NCBI GenBank assembly: GCA_016748015.1
Contig: JAAOMT010000714.1
Coordinates: 62,001-126,000 of the forward strand
Origin: Geosiphon pyriformis uo1
Taxonomy: Eukaryota > Fungi > Glomeromycota
Length of the DNA: 64,000 bases
Reading direction: 5' to 3'
In this document: positions 12,213 through 25,596 of the stretch, one piece after another
Layout of the letters: each line of letters opens with the position of its first letter
Numbering within the stretch: position 1 is the stretch's first letter
Notes under the pieces: model-generated
Databases searched by the model: none
Seen by the model: the letters and a program-made list of their open reading frames with translations, nothing else
Told to the model about the DNA's origin: nothing
Program-made: the position numbers and the translations under genes

Positions 12213-15200
12213 AGAAGTAAATTAACCAAGAAATTACATTTATCATAATATTAGAAATAATAAAAGATCAAACAATAATTATACAGTATTGTATTAAGAT
12301 TGGCTAATTTTTGTTTTTGTTTTTTAAATAATAAGATTATCTATAAATAAATTATTTATTTTTTTGATAGTTATTAAAACATTTTTTATGATATATATTT
12401 TCTTAATTATGATGTTTTCTTATTTTATAATGGCTATTTTTTAAATTTTTTTTTATTATAAGAATATGAATCTAGTTAGTTTATTGCTCAATTATAAGTT
12501 ATGATAAACAGAATTTTTTTTCAAACTTAATTTTTGATTAAAATAATGTATTGGCAGAATTTATTACATGTTTTTACTCTGTCAAAACATTATTCTATAG
12601 TTTTTTATTTAATAAAATTTTGCCATATATAAAGCATAGCATATTGTCCTATTTGTTTTGTTATTTTAATCATTCAAATTATTTTAATACATAATATTAA
12701 CAATAGTATTTAATAATAGTTGGTTATATTCTATTATTTTTAATACAAGCACTTATTGAAGATAACTTTTTTTCACAATTAATACAAATTAATTTAGAAA
12801 ATTAATATAATTAATTTTTTTAATTTAAGGTTAAATAGATTAATAATAATACCTAAGATTCTTTGTTGGCTTTTTTTTTATTTTATTTTTTCCATGTAAA
12901 TGATGATAATAGATTTGTTTTAAAATTGTCAGCCCAAAAAACTTGATAAGTTTTCAAGATTGGCTAAAAGATGAGTTCTTTGAATTCTATTAAAGATTGT
13001 TTTAAAATTGCTGTTTTAAAATATTCACATGTAATGAATACTTTAGTGTATTAGTTTTTAAAAATAATTTAGAGTTCTTAGGTGTTTTAGTTAAGCATAA
13101 TATAAGCTTTAATTAATTAATTATTTTCTATAAAAGCTTAATATTAAGTGGTTTTCATGACAAATACTTTAGTTAAAATTTTGATTCTATGAATTTCAAA
13201 TAAAAAATTGTCAATTTTTCTTATTGGTGTTTTAATATTTTTATTTTTGGTAATTATTTTAGTAGTGGCTGCATAATTTACTTAGTAATTTATTAATCTA
13301 TAAGTTGTTTTGTAATTATGCTGTCTGTTAATCTATTATTAAGTATTAGTTTAATATTTATTTGTTCTACTTTGATATTAGTGTATATTGTCATAATTGG
13401 TTTGTTTTGGTTTATAACAGTTCTGCTAAAAAAATCAATAGTATTTAGAATGTTAATATTAAACAAAAATATAGCAACAAGTGTGTCATTTTTCATGATT
13501 GTGATAGAAAAAATTATAGTAGTAATAGTTTAATTGTTGTTAAGAAAAAAAAATTGGTAATTTTTACTATAGTTTTTTTTTTAAAAGTGTAATATTATTA
13601 AAATCTGAAGTTTTTGTAAAACCAAAATATAAGATTTGGTTTGAATATTCTGTTGAAATTGCTTAAAGTAATAAATTGCTATAATTTATAGATCAAATTG
13701 GTTTATTAAAGAGTTGTATCTGATTTTCACTATGGTTTTATTATTCTTAATTGTAGTCAATGATTTATAGTTATAAATTGTTATACAGTAAAATTTGGTA
13801 TAAAGATAATATCTGTAATATTGTTTATAAGAGTTGATAATAATTTTGTAGTGGTTGAAATAATATAGAAATTATGAATATTAAGTATTGGAATCCTATA
13901 AATTAAAAATATCTAAATTGTTGTTAATATGAATTTTCACAATTTTAATTTGAAATTTTTTTGTAATAATCTCTTACAATATGTCTGAACTTTTAACAAT
14001 AGTAGCAATTACAAAAATTTTGTTTTTAAAATTGCTATTGTTGTTAACAGTATTGCTTTTATTGCTAATTGTTGGTATTTTTTTATATTGTAACAGTTAA
14101 TAAGTCTTAGAATTTTTTGCTAAAAATCTTTTAATTTTCTAAGTTAAATTTTTACTTAATTAGATAAGTTTTGTATTAATATCTGATGTTTTATTTATAA
14201 CTAAGTTAACAGCTTAGATATAATTAACTTCTTGTTCTATTAATTTGAAGTTATAAACAAGTATTATAATCTCTTATAAATTATTAAAATGTTAGAATCT
14301 AATAAATTAAAAAATACTACTCTTTAGTTTCTTAATAAATTGATTAAGGATTTGTTCTAAGATATTATAATTTTTTATGATTGTTTAAATTTAACAAAAA
14401 ATTTGATTGAATTTTTCAAATAAGTAGTTATAGCTTTGTAATATTTTTGTTTTATCATACTGAATTGATTTTACAGTTTAATAAACATATTTAAATTACA
14501 AAAATACTATAAGAAAACAAGTTTAAAGATGGCAAAATTAGTTAGTTTTTTATTGAGACTTTGATATTGTGAATCTGTAGTTTTAGTTAAGAAAAAAGAT
14601 AAAACTTAGATTGTTCTGGTCTCATCTTAATTATTGGCTCTAATTATTTTTTTTTTATCAGAAAATTTTTTTAATTTAATAATATCTCTGTAAATTATAA
14701 TTTAAATAATAAAAGTTTGTTTAATTGTTGACAAAAAGAGTATTAATTAAGATATGTTTGGTTGTTTTGTTGATCTTAAAGTTAGTTGTTGTTTTTTGTT
14801 GATAGTAATAATAGCTTGTAATATAAATACTGTTTTTAAAAAAGTAGTGGTTATTTTGATTAAAAATAGTACTAAGAATTATATCCAAAAAAAAGTGTTT
14901 CTGATTAAATTATTGGATATTAAAGTGATTTTTTTAAATACAGCTTCATATTTTCTTAGAAATTTAGTCCAAAAATTCTAATTAGTGTTTCAAAAATACA
15001 GATTTTTAGAAGTCTTTGGAGTTTTTGCTTGTGTTTTAGTAAATTGATTAAGCAAAATTTTGTTTTTTAAGATCTGATAATATAAGAAAGTTGTTAATAA
15101 AAAAAACTTTGATTTTTTATTAACCATAGATAAAACTCTTTTATGTGTAGTTTGTGTATTATTGTCTAAGTTAGACTTGAATTTTTTAAAGTTAGGTTTC

Positions 15201-15670
15201 AATATTTGTTTTTTTTACTTAAGGTACTAGTTTTAAGTATATGTCTCAATTTTTTTGTTGATTAAGATAAGAGTTCTAGCTATGACTTATATAATAATTA
15301 AAGTTAAATATACTAATAATTATTAATAAATTTGTTTTTTAAGTTTTTTTATATTAGTTGTTTGGTCTAGTAAATAGTTAATTTTAGCATATACATACCA
15401 ACAAAAATTATTTTTAATAATAACAGTTTCTATTAATATTCTCAAGTTTTTTCTAAAGTGTTAAAATAATGCTCTTTCAAATAGTGGGTAATATTTTTTT
15501 ATAGTCTTAATAGTTACTATTTTTGTAAATTTCTGGAATGTTCTGTCTCTGTAAATTTTATAATTTTACAAAAAGTACCAAATATTATAAGTAAACTTGG
15601 TAGAATATAATAGCAATATTTGGTGCTTTATATTTAAGTAAAAAAACTTAAGAATTTTCTTTGTTTGTGC
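12212..15670 (-). mobile_element. Gypsy-3, truncated relative of Gypsy-2 (5' LTR end, PBS, gag, CCHC, protease, Cys-rich region)
   Basis: The reverse complement of 15510-15670 matches the Gypsy-2 LTR end, PBS and gag start (LTR end 15583, PBS 15580-15568). Knuckle CYYC*KFRHIVRDY ~13965-14008; protease ORF 13293-13496 (IKLILNNRLTDSII); 'LNTILYNYCLIFYYF' ~12240-12300. Confidence 0.8.
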
Positions 15671-17601
15671 TGTTATTTAAATAAAAAAACCGATTCAAAG
15701 TTATGAAAAAATGTGACCAAAACATAATATAACACAGAATAGTTTGCAATAACATAAGATAACATGTTATAACTTAGAATAATACAGGATAATATATTAT
15801 AACATAAAATAACACAGAATAATATATAATAACACCAGATAATGTATTATAATATAGGATAACTAGTAATAACATAAAAAAACAAAGCAATTACAGAAAT
15901 AGCAAAGCAATAGTTAGCAATAATAGAACAGTCAGAAAGCAATTCTGTAAAACCAAAAAAATGTATAAAAATGAGTAGTTAAAAAAGATAAAAAAACAAA
16001 CATCTAAATATAGACTACTAAACAAGAAGCAATTTTTTTATTCTTTATTATCTTTTATCTGCTCTCAGATTCTGAAATAAATTAATTATTCGAAATAAAA
16101 CTCACAAATATATGTTTTCAGAACTTTCCTATTCAAACAAAATTGAGTCATTGTTTCATACCTCTGTTCCAAAACAGATGCTTTTAGCATAATCACTTTG
16201 AACCAATAATAATTTAGACCAATCATTTTTGATCATGGTAATTGACAATACTAATTCTTTTTTTTATTTTATTTTATTTTTTTATTTTATTTTTTTTTTG
16301 GTAAAGTGGCAACATAGTAAAATTAACTGTTTGGGAATAGACTTTATGATAGCTTGATAAAAAAAGAAAGCTTTCCCTAAGTTTTGAATATTAACATTAT
16401 CTTGGTAGCTTATTAGAAAAGCGAAAAGACAATGCCAAATTCTAATGATTGCACTCATTAACTCAGAGAAAATAATTCATATTTATAAGAAGTTGTAATT
16501 AGCGAAAGCCAAATCTCTGTGTTTTATAACCAAAAAACTTGATGGTATTACTTGAAAAAGAAAAGCTGATCAAAGAAAGAAGGAAAAATGTAACTTAGAA
16601 AAACATGATGAAATGTGAAGGAACACAAAATAATGTGCAATAATATTAGATAATATGTTATAACACAGGATAACACAAAATAATACATTATAATATATAA
16701 TAACATATTATAATGCAAAATAACACAAAATAATGTGTAATAATATCAAATAATGTGTTATAATATAAGATAATTAGTTATAATATAAAAAAATGAAGTG
16801 ATAACTAGCAAGAACAGACGATCCAAAGCAATTTTGTAAAACTAAAAAATATGTATATATAGCAGTAGCATTAAAAACAGAAAGATAAAAAATCTCCAGA
16901 CAGAAATTTATTAATTATTATTTCTAGTTAGAAACATATCATTTCAAAATATCAATAAATATATTTATTTGGCATTTTCAAATCCAATTGCTTGCTATCA
17001 ACTCTAAATATTGATAGTAGTTGATACTTAAATTACACAAAAACAATAGCTTTTGATTATGACTATTGACAAAATATTAACTTGTATTGTCTTGGCTTAA
17101 TTTTTTTTATTTTTTATTGTATCTTATTGGTAGTTTACTAAACTTCTTAAGGATTAAGCACTGAATTATTAACATTAAGGATTGTCTAGTAAAAGACTTC
17201 TGTAAGTGGGTAGAATACATAAAAATTACAGATTGCTTACCAGAGGATTGCTGGCCACCAAGCTGAGAAAAAAATTAATGGAATTGCAATTCCAAGAAGT
17301 TACAGATAAAATACCATGGGAATTTCTGTTTATTATACAAAAGATCAACCAAAACCTTCAAAATGTGAAAACCTTCAGATTACTACCATCTTATATTAAT
17401 TGAGCACCAAGTTACAGGTTTGTTATTTACTCCAACTACCCAAAATAATAATCTGTAACAATGGGTAAATACACATCCAAAAAAAATTTTTAGAGACTGA
17501 TAATTAAAACCAGCTGTACCACAAAGATCATACAAAGTTTTTATTATTTAATTGTAAGCACCAAACATTACTACCATATACTACCTAGTTTACTCATAAC
17601 A
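15671..17601 (+). repeat. Gypsy-2 5' LTR (interrupted by a solo LTR)
   Basis: tgtta...cataaca termini. Colinear with 25611-26608 once 16546-17464 is removed. Confidence 0.92.
16546..17460 (+). mobile_element. Solo LTR (915 bp) of a related family nested in the Gypsy-2 5' LTR, perfect TSD ATGG
   Basis: Absent from the 3' LTR. Termini tattac...gtaaca; ATGG at 16542-16545 and 17461-17464; 3' end matches the LTR at 27112-27935. Confidence 0.9.
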
Positions 17602-17603
17602 TT

Positions 17604-17619
17604 TGGTGCTCTCTGTAAG
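17604..17619 (+). promoter_or_regulatory. Primer-binding site TGGTGCTCTCTGT
   Basis: 2 nt after the LTR end; same motif in Gypsy-3 (decayed). The tRNA is not identified (a tRNA ending ...GAGCACCA, e.g. elongator Met/Thr/Ile type). Confidence 0.8.
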
Positions 17620-17662
17620 ATTATAAATCCACAGAAACAGAACACCCCATAAATTCACAAAA

Positions 17663-19600
17663 ATGGCAACTATTGAAACAATAGAAAAGGACCACTCCTC
17701 ATACAAAAAAACATTATTTCATTACTTTCAACAAAACCTAAAAATATTAACAGACACTGCTTATACAGAAAGTAATTTTTGTAACTATATTAATGCTAAA
17801 ATCGACTGCTTGTTAGACCATGCAACCAATATAAAAAAACTTGAAAAACAAATTCATCAAAGCTTATTAGAGTACTTAACAATCACAACTATCCAAGCAA
17901 TTATTGAAATTCTATACATAATTAATACAGACATTAAACATTACATGACAGAATGATTCCTTTAAGTATTACAACCAATAAAATCTGACTCTGAAGAATA
18001 TAAGTATGGATTCAATAACCTTGCAACTGCTTAAACCAAGTTCACAATTAACAAGAAACCAAGATTTCTTATTCTAACAACTCCATCATATTATTGGATA
18101 CAAGAAAGTAGAATTGTATTTAATCCAACCACAGAAACTCAAGCAAAAATACCATGAACTCCTAAAAATCAACACTCATGGGATTACAACAGTTGGAACA
18201 AATCCTTAGAAGAATATGGATTATTGTTTGAAAATCTAATTCCTATAGCTAGTAAAACAGAAAAAAACACATTAACTTGGGAATCACTAATAGCATAAAC
18301 TCTAATGAAATTAGCAACTATGTTAATAGAAGAAACATTCATTGAACAACCAAATGGCTCTAATAAAGGAAAACAACCAGCATTAGTACCAGGAGAACAT
18401 CTTAGCACACAAACACCAAACCCCTCAATATTAACCAATAAGACTCCATCTACCCACCAGATCATGATCTACTGAAATATCACCAAATTAGAGAAATTTT
18501 CAGGAGAAAAAAACAACACATACTTGTGGATTGTGGAAGTGGAGAAAGCAATTACCACCAACAACTGAGATAATAACAGAGTTATTCAAGTGCTGCCATT
18601 TTTTTTAACTGGGATTGCAGATTCATAATATCAAAGCCTGATAGAAAAACCCACCAACTTTACTATCTTTAAACTTGCTTTTCTATAATACTTTTACAAT
18701 CCCAATATTTTTATTAGATTACAAAATCAATTCAATATAATAAAACAAAAAAATCATAAAGCAGTAACTACTTATATTGGATAATTTAACCAAGTTTTTT
18801 GTCAAATACTGGCAATTGAAAGGGACTACTACACTGCAGCACAAGTTCTTAATCAAATTGTCAAGAGACTAAGAAGCAGCTTTCTAAGATTCATAAAACC
18901 TTAATACTTGACAAATTTACAGGATGCTGTCACCTTTACATGTGATTTTGAATCAGCTAAGCAAAAAGCTAATTACACTTAAGCTATTAATTTAGCCATC
19001 AATAGAACTTCTGACATCAATGCAAAAATAACCCAATTAAGTGAAAAATTAACTCAGAAAATTAAAGGATTCTTAATCAGTATAACAGAAACTTACTAAC
19101 TATCACAACAAAAAGAAACCAATAACAACAGCAGATATTAATAACCAAATTGTCAGCAACAACAGCAATCTTAAAGATCAAATCTTCATAATTGTTATTA
19201 TTGTCAGAAGCTAAAACACATTATCTGGAACTGCTGAAAGAAACTAGTAAACCAGAATTGAGGAAGTTAATATCCTTAACAACCAAGATATCCCCAGGCC
19301 ATAGAATTCCAATATTCTATATTTTAATACTCACCACAAATGTCTCAGAATTACTATCTACCACTACCAATAATTTAAGCATATCCTTAATACCAAACCC
19401 AGTTTATAACTAGTCTAGACTATATGGAATTGACTACAATTAAGAATGGTAAAACCCTAATGAAAATTAAATACAACTTAGTAGTAGACCACTTCAAACA
19501 AATTGAGCTAACCTCTTATTTTGACCAATACCAACCAGATACCTAAATCAAGCCTTATATCTTGGTCTTACTGAAAACCAGAATTTTTTTAGCTCTATAT
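17663..19600 (+). pseudogene. Gypsy-2 gag with CCHC zinc knuckle
   Basis: ORF 17663 (MATIETIEK...); capsid core 'ITKLEKFSGEKNN...WIVEVEKAITTNN'; CYYCQKLKHIIWNC ~19193-19234. End coordinate approximate. Confidence 0.8.
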
Positions 19601-19779
19601 CATTAAAAAAAAAAGATGTAGGAAAAATGCCCAATCTTTCAAGTCGAAATTAAACCAACAATATTATTCTACCTACCACTATTACTGAAGACACCACTCT
19701 TGCCACTATCTTCCCTTTTAACATTGACAATCTGAACACCAATAGTCTTTTTAGTGGAGCCATCATTAATTAAGATAAA

Positions 19780-20150
19780 TTAATAACTGCCTTGTATATT
19801 GATACTAGAGTTGAAAAAATGAACATCAAATTGATTCTCAATAGTAAATTAGCAGGTAGTATAATCACAAAGCAATTCATAGATTAATTAAGTCACCAAG
19901 TAGACCATGCAGCTACTTTCTGAATTATAACCACAAATAAAAATACTAAAACTCTGATAGGGAAAATTGACAACTTCTATTTCAAAATTGACAGAATTTA
20001 AATTTCTACTAAAGTGCTCATTATAGAGGCCACCCAATATCAAGCTTTTGTAGGAAATGATTGATTAGCCAAAGCTAATGCCACCCTCAACTGAAACATG
20101 CAGGAACTACAGATTATTTTTAATAAACAGCACATACAAATTCTGGCTAT
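19780..20150 (+). pseudogene. Gypsy-2 aspartic protease
   Basis: KLILNSKLAGSII (decayed LILDSGSAGS) ~19828-19866 and 'YQAFVGND*LAK' (hydrophobic-G-x-D-W motif). Confidence 0.8.
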
Positions 20151-21199
20151 ATGTAAACACTTTAAAGCTTAAAGCCCAAAAAAACTGCTGATTAAATTTG
20201 AAGACTCAATATCACTACCAACAATAAAAGCTTATCAAGTTTTTTGGGCTGATAATTACCAAGCAAAGTTATTCTTACTACCAACTTGGGAAGAAAAGGG
20301 CAAGAAAAAAGCAGAAGAAGAACTACAATTAGCACTTATAGGCTATTCTACTCTAAATCAAAAAAATCAATGGTATCAAATTCCAAAATTAATTTGTGTT
20401 GACTGTAGGAAAAAGTTATCATCTATAAGCACATGTATTGGAGACAATGAGAAATGGCCAACTGCCACCAAATATTACTACAAATCTTGTATATTGAAAA
20501 AATTTGGCAGACCAAAATAACAAAATAAATGAGACAATACACTATGTCTTGCCTGTGGTAAGATCCTGCCAGAGAAAAGACTATGAAATAATGTTCTTGG
20601 TAGAAGAGAAACATGTGACAAAGCATGTTAATACACTATCTTGATCAATGATTAGATACAAAAAAAAACTTTGATTGAGGATGTCTAGAGATGAGTACTC
20701 AGTAGATTGAATAGTTATCTGCATAATAAACATGAAATATGGAGAATAACAAGTGCTAAAGCCAAAGGTGCTACACTTGGTAAAATATGAGAAATCAAAG
20801 AAAATCTGTTTACACCAAAATATAATGAACTTAACTACATCACAGAAGATTTTTTTACAGATAATCTAAATGCATTTCAGAATCAATACCAGGAATTGGT
20901 CTCAACCCAAAAAGAGCAAGAACAGTGGTTAGCTGACCTAAACACAAAACTGTGCAATTATTGTTTGATTTCTTGTTACTTTCAGTATTGCAATTAATGT
21001 GATTTCATGTTCAATATACCTCCAAAAAAACTATACCCAATCACTAAACTACCTGAACCTAAGGTAGAAAAGGAATTAATCACTAAGAACATGTCATTTT
21101 AAGATTTAATTAAGAATACTAAAACAGAGTAATATCTTGCTTATCCTAATCTTTTCAAAGAATTAGAATTAAAATAGTACAGTAATAATAATAAAAAAT

Positions 21200-21595
21200 C
21201 TGTCTTGAAAAAACACATAACATCAATGCTGAGTTTGATTTATGATATCCCAAATAATTGTTCATAGTTATAGCTCCATATTCCTTTGTAATAATAGATC
21301 TTAAGATAGCATTAGAAATTTTTGTTAGTACAATAGTACAAGTTGACTTTTGGTCTAGTCTAGCCAAGAAAAAAATCAACATAAAAAGAGAAATTATTAA
21401 TACCAGTTATACAAAAAACATTATCATAATGCTACAGAACAATTTAAACAAACTCTACAAAATAAACTTACAAGAAAAAATTGCCCAAACTATCTTCTTA
21501 CCCTTAGTTAAAATACCCCAATTAATCTCAATAACAACCTAAAAAGAATTAGATCTCACTGCTCAAGAAATCAATGGGTTTAGATCAAGTAGAAA
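21200..21595 (+). pseudogene. dUTPase domain within Gypsy-2 pol, between protease and RT
   Basis: All five trimeric-dUTPase motifs are present in order but decayed: NAEFDL (DAGFDL), WSSLAKK (RSSLA), REIINTSYTKNI (GIIDAGYTG), EKIAQTIF, QEINGFRSSR (RGxxGFGSSG). Confidence 0.85.
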
Positions 21596-22129
21596 AGGAA
21601 ACATACCAGTTAACTTCACAGAAAAAGACAGTGACCAGATAGAACTTATCTATACTGACACAGTCATTCTATCCTTTTATATTAACAATACATTCTTAAA
21701 ATAAATTGAAAAATTCAAGATTAAGCCCTGTTATTTAAAATTAGTCCTAAAATCTGTTCTTTAGCTGACATTGCTAATCTATACCTATTAGTCAAAGCCC
21801 ATAAACACTTCAAAATTTCCATTCACAACTTTACAGAAGATATAATTGAAATCTTCAAAGAGACTCTCATTAGTTTCATCTCACCAGACATTTAACATCC
21901 TGAAAAACTCCAGTCTATTCTGGATTTTGTACAGTTAATCTTATTTTGTGATATTATCTTACAAATATAAAACTTGCCAAAAGAAAGTTATTTGTTCATA
22001 TCAAAAGAAATTAACAAACTACACTTGAAAAACCTGAGTACTCTCTAGCAAATGCAACTTAAGGTTTTTTTGAATCAATATACCAATATTTTTGCCAATG
22101 AAAACAAGTTCAGACATACTGACATTGTA

Positions 22130-23419
22130 AATTATTAAATTGATATAAAAGATGTATGACTTATTAAACAGTAGATCTACTAAATGCTCCTATTTAGTAA
22201 TAATCTAATTAAGCAAGAAGTACAATGAATGCTTAACAATGGCTTGATTAAAGAATTGCTAAGCCCTTGGTTCTCTCCAGTAGTTTTGGTCACCAAAAAA
22301 AATGGGAAGATAAGATTTTGTGTAGACTATTGAAAGCTAAATAGTATCATTTAAGAAGATAGTTATTCCACATCTTTTATTCAAAAAATTTTGGACAATT
22401 TAGAAAACAAAAAATAGTTCTTGTCATTAGATCTAGCCAGCAATTATTAACAGGTTGAAATGAACCCCAAAAACAAATAAAAAATGACATTTACCATCCA
22501 AGATAGAAACTTTGAGTTTAATATAATGCTCTTTGAACTCTACAATGCTCCTGCAATCTTCCAGTATCTTATAGACATTGTGTACAAAGAAATCTTGTAG
22601 AAATCAGTCATAATATACCTTAATAACACAAATGTCTTCTCGGAAACATTTAATGATTACTTGCTCCATCTTTAGCAAGTTTTCGAATGTCTTTATAGTG
22701 CCAAATTGAAACTCAATTCTAATAAATGCTTCTTTAAAAAGAACAAATTAAAATTTCTGAGAAATGTAATTGGAAAAAATAGAGTCAAATTTGACTCAGA
22801 TAAAGTCCAAAAAGTCAAAAATTTTTTAACTTCAATCAATCTTAAATAATTATGAAGATTTTTAGAATTGGCAAAATACTATTAACAATTTGTCAAAGAA
22901 TTCTTGACTATCATAAAACCATTTTACCAGTTGTTGTCCAAACACATACAGTACTTATAGAAAAAAGACCAATAGAAAGCATTTGACTATTTTAAGCAGT
23001 GATTGATCACATCTCCAATCCTGATTTATCCAGATTTTACTAAATGGTTCATTGTTACTACAGATATCTTAAAAAATGCTTTAGGAGTAGTCTTATTACA
23101 AATAGAACTAAACAATAGAAAACATCCAATTGTCTATACAAGTCACAGCACTAGCCCAGCAAAAAAAAATTACAGCACAACAGATTTGGAATGTCTCATT
23201 ATTTATTGGGCTATACAGATATGGAGACATTACCTTAGTTTGCTCTTTGACCTATATACTGATTATAAAAGACTTGTTTGGTTACTCAACAATCCACAAC
23301 TAGAGAAAAAATATGCAAGATAGAGTACTTATCTGCAACAATTCCTACTCAAAGTTTATTACAAGAAAGAATTCAAAAACACCAATGCTGATAGTTTGTC
23401 AAAGATAGCACAAACCTAA
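22130..23419 (+). pseudogene. Gypsy-2 reverse transcriptase and RNase H
   Basis: SPWFSPVVLVTKKNGKIRFCVDY, SLDLASNY, LYNAPAIFQ, YLNN at 22616-22627 (YLDD). ORF 23003 TTDILK...DLECL...YTDYK; ends NTNADSLSKIAQT*. Confidence 0.92.
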
Positions 23420-23429
23420 TTCCAGACCC

Positions 23430-24719
23430 ATGGATACAACCAATTACTACTGACTACATTAATACCTATTAACACTACATTTCAAGGAGATATTATCCCA
23501 ACAAAAACAAAGTACTATATAAAAACAAGCCCAAAATTATTTTATTCAAAACAACCAACTATATAGACAAAAATGCTGAAACCATTCCACCTCACAACAA
23601 GTTATTAAAAACAATGAAAAAAAAACTATATTACATAGTATGCATTTTGATCCAATCGCAAGACATTTTAACAATGATATTACTCTCAAAAGAATTCTAA
23701 ATTTATACTATTGGCCAATAATATATAAAGACATTTTCAAATACATGCTTAATTGTAACTCATACCAGTAAAAAAAAGGAGCCAGAACAATGGAACCACT
23801 TTGACTTATTCCAGTTGGAAATCTATTTGATAGAATTGGGATTGATTTGGTTGATTCTCTCTCTATAACATCCAAAGAAAATTGTTATATTGCTATAGCC
23901 ATAGACTACTTGACAAAATGACCAAAAGCCAGAGCCATCCAAGTAGCAGATGCTAAAATAGTAGCTGAATTCATATACCAAGATCTAATTTGTAGACACA
24001 GATGCCTGAAAGAATTGCTATCCAATCAAGAAATGCATTTTGTCAATAATACATTAACCGAATTAAGTCAACAGTTTGAAATAAAACATTTTTTATTGTT
24101 ATCATATCACCCACAAACAAATGAACTGATAGAACAATTTAACCAAATACTGTATGAAGCATTAGCAAAAATAAGTCATAAAAACAAACAAGAATGAAAT
24201 TTATTTATATCTTTTGTACTCTTTGCATATCAAACACTGAAACAAAATATGACTTAATTTATACTATTCAAATTAGTTTATGGAAGAAAAGTCACTCTAT
24301 CTATTGAAAAAAAAATATAGTCATACCCAACAAAAGCTATTACTGAAGAGAATTTCAAAGTAATTTTACACTATAGGACATATTAGCTTATAGAAATATT
24401 AGAAAATAATCATAAAACAGCAGCTGACAACATTAGTAATGCTTAAAAATAACAAAAAAAAAGACATAATAAATGCCTATTTGAACAATCAATGGAATTT
24501 AAGATTGGAGACCAAGTATTATTACATTGTACAAAAGCTAAAAAACAATAGAATAGAAAGTTTGACCCAAAGTAAGATGGTTTATTCTACATACACAAAG
24601 TTTTAGGCAATAAAACTTATAAATTACAATTGGAAAACAGGATTTTAAAGAAAATAGCACATAGAAATTGGTTAAAAATTTATCATGCAAAACAAGAATC
24701 ATTATCCTTAGTACTTTAA
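23430..24719 (+). pseudogene. Gypsy-2 integrase (HHCC, DDE, GPY/F), in a different frame from RT-RH and starting at its own ATG
   Basis: MDTTNYY...MHFDPIARHF...YYWP...CNSYQ; FDRIGIDLV; LLSNQEMHF; YHPQTNELIEQFN; KFDPK*DGLFYI. Confidence 0.88.
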
Positions 24720-25596
24720 CTAGGAACACAAATTTCATTAATCAGACTAGAAAATATATCACAAGATCTGAAATCAATCATTGTTATTGTATCATAGACA
24801 ACATACAGCAAATTAAATTAAGAAATTCAAATATATATAACATCTATAAAACAAACAAGAAAATGATAGAACTGTCAATATAAATCTGTTAAATAAAATT
24901 TTACAACTCTCAAAACAACTATTTGATACAATTCAACAATCTTCTGCTCAAATAGAAGTAATAATTGATAAAAAAGAAATATAATATAAAGATAAAAGCA
25001 GAAAAAATGAGAGCAAGAGTTTAACTAAAACTAAACAGTCTCATTTTTACCCAACACCTGAAAAAAAAAATTGGAAAAAATATTCTTCTTGGACAGAACA
25101 GGAAGAAAAAGAAGTTTATAAAAGAAAATACTTAATCTCTGAACTTAAAGAAATCAAAAAAGCTTTAGTTTATGGGATTAATCTTCCCAAAACAGGGAAA
25201 TAGACACCAGACAGCATCCAAAAATAGAAAAAAAGACTTTTTTTAGTATATTGGTTCTACAAAAATAGTGAACAACTAGATTTAAAGACATTATATAAAG
25301 ATTTCAGCCAAAAAACTTTTAACAAAGAAGCAATACAACAAGTAGAAAAATTTGTAAGGAAAAGCAACCTGATTCTATATTACAAAGCGGTATATTGACT
25401 ATATACTACTTTCCAATATTGTCTAAATATATTGTTGTATAAATCTATAAAGACTATAACAGTTAACAACATAGGATAAATAACCAATTGACAGTTTAAA
25501 AACCTATGAAAAACAATACTCAATACAACCATCAAATACTATACAAATAAAGTTATAATAACAAATACATATAATTTCACAGGAGCTCAATTCTAA
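24685..25596 (+). pseudogene. Extra 3' ORF (ORF3, ~300 codons, unknown function) between integrase and PPT
   Basis: One frame runs without frameshift from ATG 24685 to NFTGAQF* at 25596, with few stops over 24850-25400. The same C-terminus (NFNKAQY*) precedes a second PPT/LTR at ~27075-27111. Confidence 0.6.

Noticed and set aside
7363-15202. Numerous 60-100 aa Ile/Asn/Lys/Phe-rich ORFs as small host or membrane proteins
   Set aside because: They are fragments or antisense/off-frame shadows of mutated TE ORFs; the composition follows from C>T/G>A decay.
15720-15880. Periodic repeats as a CRISPR array
   Set aside because: 10-bp units without unique 25-45 bp spacers, located inside LTRs, with no cas genes.
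17604-17640. tRNA gene at TGGTGCTCTCTGT
   Set aside because: Only a short PBS complementary to a tRNA 3' end; no cloverleaf.
24685-25596. ORF3 as retroviral env
   Set aside because: No visible signal peptide or C-terminal transmembrane segment.
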